Positions 53,701 through 64,000 of a stretch of 64,000 bases of DNA are shown here, one piece after another; positions within the stretch are counted from its first letter, which is position 1; each line of letters opens with the position of its first letter. Position numbers and translations under genes: made by a program. Below the pieces are notes generated by a model. The model was not told where the DNA came from. It ran no database searches and worked only from the letters and a program-made list of their open reading frames with translations. Location of the stretch: positions 50,158,001 through 50,222,000 of the forward strand of contig OZ024742.1 of the NCBI GenBank assembly GCA_964016885.1. Direction: 5' to 3'. The DNA comes from Eledone cirrhosa. Taxonomy: Eukaryota.

Positions 53701-55574
53701 ATCATCTATTACCACAAGGGAAACTATATTTCAATTGGTATTTCCGTGGCCGATATTATTTGGTGGTCGGAAATTCTGAGTGATTATCAGTATTTCATGT
53801 CGAATTTTTTAGTGGAGAATCCAAATAGTGTAGTCATGTAAAGATGTTTGCACCTCATTATCACTTTTCGATTTTCAGTGAAACTTAGTTGAAATTTAAG
53901 GATGACATATTTACTTGAAGGCAGCATATATATGTAAAAGTTATATAATGGTTTGAATCTAGATCAAAGACTCACTTGTATTAATATTATCCAGATCAAA
54001 TCAATAAATAACAAAATAAAACACTTCAGAATTTAAAGATGTAGACACTAGTCGATGGGATTTTTTCTACAGCTTCAAAGTTTCTTTCGGTTTACGTTCC
54101 ATAAAAGAGGATGATGTCAATTTAAATTAATTTCAATTGGTGATAGTTATTTATTTTATCGAACCATAAAAGATGGCGAATTAATTATACATCACTAGGA
54201 TTTGAACTCAGAACGCAAATAGACGCATGTAATTTAAAGCTAAAAGATGTTAGTCAATAACTCCTTTTTCTATTTTATCTCACATTTGTTTGTATATCGA
54301 TTGCTAACATAGGCACAAGAACTCACAGAAAAATCTATAATGTCGATTTGTATCATTTATTAGCTGCTTAATTCACTGATCATTAGAGGGATGAAAATAA
54401 ATGTGTGCAGAATCAGTAAAGATGCTCAGCTGGATATTGCTTAATAACGTCGTTAAAGTAATAGAGCTAATACCAATACATATTCATAAGAACCCGTAGA
54501 AATTTGATCTCAAATAGTAAACGTTTAAATGACATAGTATGTATAATCGAGAAGAGCATTTTTTTATCAGAAGAATGTATTCCAAATTCATTGTTAGATA
54601 TAATTTGAACGAGAAAAAATTCTGCATTCAAAATAAATATATTTTTCTGTGTAGATATTCCCAAGAATATTCTTTTGTTGCTTTCAGTCATAGACAGTGA
54701 AATTTAGTACGTTTATCCTCGAGCAATTTTCAAAATTTTATTTGTGCTGAGATGTTTTATGTATGTTTGTGAGTGAGATTTAATGTGCTTCTAGATACAC
54801 TCACAGACATACATATATACACAGACATACACATACAAACAATTATGTTTTTGTAATGTTCATTGTTTGCATGTATCTGCTACATGTTTACACATGTTCA
54901 CGTAAGAGCTCACACACATTTACCCACAGATTATGTATATATATATATATATATGTTTGTCTGTGTGTCTGTGTGCCTCACTGTGTGTATGTCTCTGTGT
55001 ATGCGCGCGTGTGTGTGTCTGTGTGTGTATATATGTCAAAGAGCTTCCTGTAGCCGAAGATAATGATATATCTAAAAAGTCTAAAGTCTGTCTTAAGCCG
55101 GAAGGCTCATTTGGCCGGTGCTTATCCCAGTTTCATGGCGTGAAGCGACTGAGAGTACATGCTAGAAATATCTGTATGAATGAATTCAAACCTACATAAT
55201 ATTATAATGATATCAATAATATTGGATTCGTTGCAAGAAAACAGCCTCGCAATAATATGTGTTTCAGATGACTATCGTCATCCTTTTGTTCAAGCGATGG
55301 CAGAAAGGAACAATCTACTATTGTTTCGGAGTTATTGCCCCTTATCAATATTGTGTATCTCTTCTATTTCTGCTGGTCACTGGAACTCTTGAGAATATAT
55401 AGTATACATCGGTTATATAGCCTCATTTGCATACTGAGCGAGTTACCTGGAAACCAATCGAATATTAATAATATAATTATTATTAATTTTTAGGCAAAAG
55501 AAACCCACAATGTATCGACCCGTACTGTCTTTAATGTCTCTTTAATGTGAGCCACGTGTGACTAATAAAGGAAG

Positions 55575-57480
55575 CATTATTATTCTTTCAGTCTCAGTCA
55601 TTGATGTTATTTAACTGTAAAGTTTGTTGAAATTAATATCAAGCCGCTACCTGCAGCCTCAAATATTCAGGACGTATCGGAGGGTTCTTGCTGTTCCCAT
55701 CAAGAATGTCTTTTGAAGTGTTCCAAAACATGGGGCTGGTCTAATCTTCTTTAACCATTACGGAAAAATCTTTGATATAGTACCTAATGCTCCTATGACA
55801 ATCGAGACAAACTTGATCTCATGTCAGTCCCAAATCCTTTTTAACTCACACTTTTGATCCTGGCATCGGTTAATTTTCTCCATCTCCTGCACAGGCACAA
55901 TCTTTTGTCCTTGGCAAATTCGACCAGGTCAGGCCTATTGTGTTCTAATTTCTTCTCCGTCTGTATCCTGAAATCACATAGCACCTTCACTTAATCGTTT
56001 TCTGTCACCGACTCGAGCTTATGCGCATACCACTTCTCAGAATGTGGTAAATTGTTTAGTTTGCATAGATGCCAGTGAATCACCCTTTCTATCATATCAT
56101 GTCTCCAGCCTGTATAGTGGGTCTGGGCTAGGTTTTTACACTCGGATAGGATGTTAGCCACAGTCTCCCCTCTCTCTCTCCACAGATCCTACACAGTAAG
56201 CTAGCCTCCTCCTTGTCAATATGGTGTTTCACCCACTTCGTTCTCGGTGCTTGCTGTAGTGCAGCCAGTAGCATTACTTCTGTAACCTTTTTAAGGTCAC
56301 CTCTTTTTAGCCAGCTTCATGTCTTTGGATCTCTGAATTCCGTTTTCTTAAAGAAGGTGCTATGAAGGGATGTTTCATGAAGCTTGCTCTTCCTCCTTGT
56401 TGTTATTTCCTCCTTTGACATCCCATTATTTATTGCCTTCTCCTTCAGTACAATTTTGAGCATTGTCTCTCTACTATCAGCCACATATTTTCAGACTGCT
56501 TTTCTCCACTGAACACAGTCCTCTATGCTGATAAGACCTCTTCCACCTTCAGATCTCTTTAAGTATAATCGATCAACATCACTCCCCTTGTGGAACATGC
56601 TGTAGGTAGTCATTAGCGTCCTAGTCTTTCTATCCATTTCTTTTTGCTCACTAACATTCCATTTGAGACCTAATAATAGACACAGGTCGGGAATTTACTG
56701 CACTTATGACATTCCTACTATTTAGATGAGTTTGGTATGTTCCTTACTTTCCTTATTCAGATCTTATCAATTCATTCATTTTTTTGTTTTGATGCCATCT
56801 GCCTCCAGAACACTTAAATATGTATATCCCTCTTCAGTGTCGATTTCCTTTATCATCTCTCATGTTGGTACCTGGATTCTGTTGTTTCCGTTCAATGTAA
56901 CCCTCTTCACTCGGACTTCACGTTTATTAACATCAAATTCCATACATATATCATTGCTGGACATACGTACAGTGTTAACAAATACATCCAACTCGTTCTC
57001 GATTTTCCCACAGCTTTAGATCGTCCATGAAGGGGAGGTAGTTGATGGTAAGCTCTCCTCTTCTCAGCTTGTATCCTGCCCTCACCTTTCGCAATATGAG
57101 GGACAAGGTTATGAGGGTAATGACAAACAACAAAGGGGATAAACTATCTCCTTCGAAGATACGTCTCTTGATCTTTACTCCTCCCAAGGATTCTCCACCT
57201 GGTGTTAACTCTGATTCCCAGGACTTCATACTTTTACTTAATTGCTGTCTAATGTTGTCTGCCACCTTGAAGATCTCTAGGCCTTCGGTTATGCAAGAAT
57301 GAGGTATCATGTCAAATGCCTTCTTGTAATCTATCCATCCTATGGACAGACAAGTATGATTTGTCTTGCATTTCCTTATTACCACAGTATTAATAAGTAA
57401 CTGGTCTTTTGTACCACGGGACATCTTTCGGCATCCTCTCTGTTCGCCCGGCATTAAGTTGTTTATGTGGAGGTGATAGT
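55575..57480 (-). mobile_element. R4/Dong-like non-LTR retrotransposon, 5'-truncated and decayed
   Basis: EQRGCRKMSRGTKDQLLIN, WIDYKKAFDMIPH, IFEGDSLSPLLF, FMDDLKL; downstream CRICGE..ETVANILSEC..LAQ..Y..RHD. Confidence 0.85.
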
Positions 57481-57486
57481 AGATAG

Positions 57487-60400
57487 TACATCCACCTTAG
57501 AGATGCCGTCAATTCTGATGTTGACCCAAGAAATATTGGCCAGCCAGTCATAATACCATCAGGCTTTACGGGAGTACCACGCAAGATGCAATGAACGTAC
57601 GCAAGATGCAATGGCCTATGTTAGAAAATTTGGTCGGCCAGATCTCTTCATTACATGCAATTCAAACTGGTCAGAAATATCAAAAACCAAAGGATCGACA
57701 TGACCTGGGTTTTCCATGAAAAGCAAAAATAGAACTCATCTGGCTCCTAAAAGAAGGAAGAATCGTTGGATGACCACTATTGAGTGGCAGAAGAGAGGTC
57801 TTCCTCACTCCCACACACTAATCTTCTGCAAGGAGCATATAAGACAAGATCATGTTGTAAACATCATTTCAGCTGAGTTGCCTGATAAAGGTGGTGATCC
57901 AGAGCTCTTTGAAACCATCAAGTCCAAACTCATTCATGGTTCATGTGGAATCATCAATCCAGCCTCTCCCTGCATGGAAGATCAAAAATGCAGCAAACAT
58001 TAATCTAGAGCTTTCATTCGGGAAACTCGGACTGACAATAATGGATACCCCCTTTATTGTAGGCGTTGACCAGAACATGGAGGCAATACTGAAAGCCTAA
58101 CATTTCGAAGAGAGGAGCTGACCATAAACAATCAGTGGGTGGTCCCAAACAACAAATTATTGTGTAAACTTTTAAAAGGTCATATCAATGTTGATTATTG
58201 CAGCTCCATCAAGGCAATCCTATATGTCAAAAAATATATCAATAAGGGCAATAACATGGCTACCTTTATTACTGACAAAGAACTCAGTGATGGTGGGCTG
58301 GATGAGGTCAAACGGTATCAAATAGGTCGATACATTTCCAGCAATGAAGCTATTTGGCGAATCTTTGGATTTGATACCCATGAACGCCATCCAAAAGTGG
58401 TCGATCTCGCAGTCCATCTGGGAAATGGACAGATAGTGTACTTCACTATGATCACTGTTCATCAGTGCTTTCTTTAAACTCTGCCAGAATTATGAATTTG
58501 CTCGATCCCTCCTATATACTGAAGTCCCAACATACTACATGTGGACCAATTGCAAGACCTGAAATCGAAGAAAGCAGGGTCATTTAGTGGAAGGTCATGA
58601 ACTCAAGTCAAGTGATTCTATTGGGCGTGTTTTCAATGTCCATCCCAACAACAGAGAATGTTTTTATTTACGGCTACTTCTGCATAATATTCGAGGACCA
58701 ACATCATTAGAGGATCTTAGGTGCTTCAGAGGATGGGAGCGTGCAACATACGAAGAAGCATGTAACCAGCATGGACTGCTGCATGAAAATGGACACTGCA
58801 GGAAGTGCCTAGAAAAAGCAGCACTCACTCAAGAAGCCAGTCAAATAAGACAACTATTTGCTATTATGCTCACAGCATGTAGATTGATGAAGCTCATCTA
58901 CTCTGGCAGGATAACAAAAACAATATGTCGGACGACTATCTACACCTATCCCGAAGACATGATGGCAATATGTATATGGAATGTACCCCCCAGGATTTAC
59001 AATCAAGCACTCTTCTGTGACCTGTCCTATCGAGTTCAGGCAATGAATAGCACATTAGCTAACTGCGGGATGCTAGAGCCAGATGAAGAAATGGATGTAG
59101 CACAAGACATTTTTCAGGAGACAAACTACGATATTCAAGCATTGCGTAAGTTTGTGGATGAAAATGAACCTCGATTGATGGATGATCAGAAATACACCTA
59201 CCACATCATCGAAAACATTCAAAATGACAGGGGAGGACTTTTCCTCATCGATGCTCCTGCTGGCGCAGGCAAGACATTCCTAATAAACGACCTGCTTGCA
59301 AAAGTTCGCCAAAAGCAACATATTGCCCTTGCTGTGGCTTCAAGTGGCATTGCAGCAACACTTCTGGATGGAGGAAGAACTGCACACTTCATGTTTAAGC
59401 TGCCCATAGATCTCACACGGCATGAACAATCTTTTTGCAACATCAAGAAGAACTCATCCAAGGGCAAGCTTCTGCAAACATGCAAGATGATAATTTGGGA
59501 TGAAGCTACTATGAGCCATAAAGGAGCAATTGAAGCTTTGGACCGGACGATAAGGGATCTGAGAGAAAATAGTTGCATAATGGGAGGAGTTACAATGGTT
59601 CTTTCTGGTGATTTCAGACAACTCTGCATGTAATTCTTCGAGGGACTCGAGCTGATCAGGTCAATGGCCCCACTTTCAGCTGCGCCTTAGAACCAATATG
59701 CGAGTGCCCTTAACTGGTGACGAAGGTGTCAGTGAGTTTGCCATCCAACTACTTAATTTGGGAAATGGACTTCTTGAAAGGGACTCCAATGACCATATTC
59801 AGTTGTCATTTGGCAATAGCATTGACACAGAGCAAGAACTGATTGCCAGAGTGTTTCCAAACATTCAGACCAAGCAATGTGATCCGAAATGGCACTGTGA
59901 ACGAGCAATCTAGAGCACCTAAAAATGTTGCTGTGAATGAAATCAACAGAAGGCTGCTTGAAATGTTACCGGGAGAGAAAATATGCTACAAATCAGTTGA
60001 CACAATCCCTTCTCAAGACAAGGTTGTAAACTATCCAACTGAATTTTTGAACAGTCTTGAACAAGCGGGAATTGCTCCACACAACCTAATACTGAAGCTT
60101 GGAGCATCGGTTATGCTACTGGATCCTCCAAAACTTTGTAATGACACAAGTTGCAATCATGTCAGTAAAATTTGCTGGTGACAATTGTTTCATTCCCAGA
60201 ATACCTCTGAAGCCAACTGATTTGCCATTTGAATTTCAAACACTTCAATTTCCGATCAGGGTCAGTTTTGCCATGACCATCAAGGGAAATCATTGAAAGT
60301 CATTGGGTTGAATCTGGTAGATCCTGTCTTTTCACATGGTCAACTCTATGTTGGTACAACAAGGGTTGGGAACCCTGATTGTCTCTTCATTGTGGTACTA

Positions 60401-60590
60401 CAGTGCAAAACCAAGAATGTTGTTTATCCAGAGGTTTTGGAATGAGCAATGTCGTAATTCCTCGTTCAATGACAATACACACAGATCCTAATATCTTAGT
60501 CATGTAGTTTGCAAGCAATTCTGAAGCCGCAAATTTACTGCATGGTGTTACTTTGGAAGAATATGCAGGCATTCCCGGGTACCTCTGCTA
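57487..60590 (+). mobile_element. Helitron RepHel (HUH Rep + PIF1 helicase) pseudogene
   Basis: [113 protein letters not shown]; degenerate 3' end cccgggtacctctgcta. Confidence 0.93.
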
Positions 60591-61357
60591 TATAACATAG
60601 TATCAGTGAGGACATTGTTGGGTGGAAATAACAGCCACATTTCCTTCAAATCCCACCTTACTTTCTCAGGTATGTATATATGTATGAAGCAAAAATGAAT
60701 GGCTCTATGTGATAACTCGATCTACTAGAAATGTTAGCAAAATCCATTTCAAATCACAAACAACTGTCTTACACACATACATGTGTGTATGTATCTATGT
60801 ATGTCATGTGAGCCACTATAAACGTTGGTATAGCTAAGAGAAATATAAAACAAATCTCCCTCAAAGAAGATCCTACTGCTAGAGAGGCAAAGATTGGTGA
60901 AGGCTACAGTGTACAAATTTAAATACATTTTCCCTGAATTACAGAAATTAGTAAGTAAATGTTTCATTCAATCATAAACCAATGCTAAATGTATTTTCTT
61001 ATTTTATTTATGGTTTTTAAAATAGTCTTTACTTATTGTTTGAATTTCAGAGGTTCAGATTGAGCGAAAATAAAAAAAATAAAAAAATGAAAAATAAAAA
61101 AAATCTAAATGCATTTTTTTGGTCATGCCGTTTTCACTGACAACATACCTAATGATTCATCTATGAGTAAATCATTATATATGCTGACTGAAACCACAAC
61201 TGGAAAAAAACTAATATTTTTATCTAGATAATTTACTTTGACAAAACGGCAATAAATATTCTGGTATAATTCCTACTTTGGTTAAAATTCAGCAATCATA
61301 TTTAAATGCTTAAATATTTTGTAATGTGTGCCAAATATATTGTAACTTTCATAAAAT

Positions 61358-61386
61358 ACCCGGGTATCACCGGGTAGCTCAGCTAG
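61358..61386 (+). mobile_element. Helitron-type 3' terminus (non-autonomous element; 5' end not located)
   Basis: cccgggtatcaccgggtagctcagCTAG-t: GC hairpin followed by CTAG, similar to 60573-60590. Confidence 0.55.
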
Positions 61387-62335
61387 TTCTTGAGACTAGT
61401 AAAATGAGGTATCCTCTTGATAAGTCGGCAGACCTCGCAAGGACTCTATGTCTTTATGATATATTGTTTTTGTTTATGCCACGAAACTACGTAGTCGAGG
61501 AATTTAGGAGCAGTTTAGGTATGATACATTTTATTACTAATTATATCTAAATGTTTCTTCTCTCTTCATAATGTATTTTTAACTCTGATACTGGTTCAGT
61601 CTAGTTCAACTGAATTGGTCTGTCCCAGTCATTCATTGAGCAACATCGGTGAAGTTGGCACCCTTAACTCACAGTTGGGTGCGGATGCATTCATGTATAT
61701 ATGTGTGTGTCCGCATGTATCTGTGTGTTTCTAAATATATTGTTAATAACTCCCTCTGGTCGAGCAATCTTTGAAGTGTGGGGACAGCTGGAAAGCTTCC
61801 ATTACTCATACTTCTCGCCTTCTTCACCACCTCTTCTACGGCCTCGATATAAATACCCCCTCCGCCTCCGTGGTATTTTCTTCGGGGTTATAAGAGGCTT
61901 AGCTCTGTTTCTCGACCGTTATATCGCGTGACTATCTCCCCCTCCGCCTTTTGGGATTCTTTCTCACGTCGTGTAGACGCGTTCTTGAGACTAGTAAAAT
62001 GAGGTATCCTCTTGATAAGTCGGCAGACCTCGCAAGGACTCTATGTCTTTATGATATATTGTTTTTGTTTATGCCACGAAACTACGTAGTCGAGGAATTT
62101 AGGAGCAGTTTAGGTATGATACATTTTATTACTAATTATATCTAAATGTTTCTTCTCTCTTCATAATGTATTTTTAACTCTGATACTGGTTCAGTCTAGT
62201 TCAACTGAATTGGTCTGTCCCAGTCATTCATTGAGCAACATCGGTGAAGTTGGCACCCTTAACTCACAGTTGGGTGCGGATGCATTCATGTATATATGTG
62301 TGTGTCCGCATGTATCTGTGTGTTTCTAAATATAT
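61386..62335 (+). repeat. 355-bp direct duplication (61386-61740 and 61981-62335) around a 240-bp LTR-like piece
   Basis: Copies appear identical by eye; the spacer begins TGTTA and contains TATAAATA. Confidence 0.9.
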
Positions 62336-62394
62336 ATATGAGAGATTCTACAGGATTAGAACTGTTTCATTCTTTAGAAATCATACATATATAC

Positions 62395-62447
<53 letters not shown>

Positions 62448-62450
<3 letters not shown>

Positions 62451-63094
62451 AATGCATGTATTGAGTTAGAAACTCAAAATAGTCTCATTACAGTAAATTA
62501 GCTCTAGGAATGAGGTTTTTCCGAGCCGTATAGTATAACTGAATAAAAAAGAAAAACGAACACAGTCATATACATCTATGTGTTCAAATTGTAATGGACC
62601 AGATTCGCTAAGGTGAAAAGAATACTAACTAGAGACAATAGGGTTTGCTAGACTCAATTTAAGAATAAATCAAGAAAAATAAATACAAACAAGAAGTGTG
62701 GTAACTACCGATCACCCGGCCAGTTATGATAATACTGTTTCGCAATATTATTTGTGAAGAGGAATACCCAAATTCTAGCTCATCAGCTGGTAAATAATTA
62801 TTAGTATCCCGGTCACTTCTAAATATAATAAAAAAACTGGATAGTGTGCGTATATATAACGCACATGGTTCCAGAATTTAGCGTGTCTCGCAAACTCACG
62901 CCACTAAAATTAGCAGCCGAGTTTACTCGACGCTTGAATTAGCTCGAGGAATTAACGGAGCCGAATATATCACACGGCTCGGAAAAATCTCTCGGAAAAA
63001 ACGTTATACTATACGGCTCGGAAAAACCTCTTTCTTAGAGCTAATTTACTGTAATAAGACTATTTTGAGTTTCTAGCTCAATACATGCCTTTGA
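62448..63094. mobile_element. MITE/non-autonomous DNA transposon with ~92-bp TIRs and TA flanks
   Basis: tcaaatgcatgtattgag..ccgagccgtatagtataac (62448-62539) is inverted at 63003-63094; internal ctcggaaaaa subrepeats. Confidence 0.85.
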
Positions 63095-63141
63095 TATGTA
63101 TATGTCTGTGTTCGTTTTTCTTTTTATTTTTTGTTCAGTTA

Positions 63142-63253
<112 letters not shown>

Positions 63254-63554
63254 ATATGGATGGATGTATATAATATTAAATATGTCTAAATGCCCGGAGA
63301 CCTCTCCATCGTTGTTTATCCTTGTTTATTGGAGGATAGGCAAATCGTTGTGCATGTGTTTCTTCGTAGAGAGCTTGAATTATGTGATAACAATAGAAAT
63401 GCAGACCAAACGACGTTACGTCACAGGTAACACACCTCTGTTATATAAGAGAATACTTTTATAGGAACATAATATATGTCTGCTGCACTGTGTGTCAGCT
63501 ATGTTACTACGGATATTGAGGAAATTGGGTATTTTGAATCGTATTTCTTATATA

Positions 63555-63654
<100 letters not shown>

Positions 63655-64000
63655 AATGAAAATAAAATTAATGTAAGCAAGATGCCAACAATAATTCAGG
63701 CATATAGGTGACTATACCATCAAGATGAACATCTTTTAATGTAAGATGAGGGAAAAAGTAATACGATCTTAATTCAAAACAATTCAACAGGAAAAACGTT
63801 GTCATCAAACTGTGTAAGTTGGTGAAAAAGCAATACAATCTTAATTCAAAATAAAATCAAGAAGTAATACTTAACAGTGAATTTGGGGAAAACTACAAAT
63901 GCACTATATAGTCATAAAAGACCATTTCACGAACCTCTTCAGTTGGATTAGTTACGCTTGTAATCGATCTTAAGTAGTGCTCAACACATTAACTAAATCA

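Overview
AT-rich, microsatellite-saturated eukaryotic DNA. The SINE motifs and (TA)n density point to an octopus/coleoid cephalopod (inference). I found no intact host protein-coding gene. The window is dominated by Penelope-like retroelements (PLEs): at least three Naiad-type families, one Neptune-type family and two further putative pseudo-LTR (pLTR) families, all inserted in (TA)n tracts. Their pLTRs carry hammerhead ribozymes (HHRs) that can be folded by eye, including two non-canonical cores (U3-A8, and an A at position 4). Most PLE copies are fold-back palindromes with one short arm and one arm carrying an extra 55-100 nt tail. The largest (11.7-16.6 kb, 2.3-kb arms) has a central spacer of 14 reiterated copies of a GAC-A(4-6) word taken from the element's own ORF, which looks like telomerase-style reiterative synthesis. 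Also present: CRE-, R4/Dong- and RTE-type LINE remnants, a decayed Helitron, a mariner remnant, a MITE, tRNA-derived SINEs, a 355-bp duplication around an LTR-like piece, and decayed host pseudogenes (C-type-lectin-like and CARD-like). All family assignments come from motif recognition by eye, with no database search.
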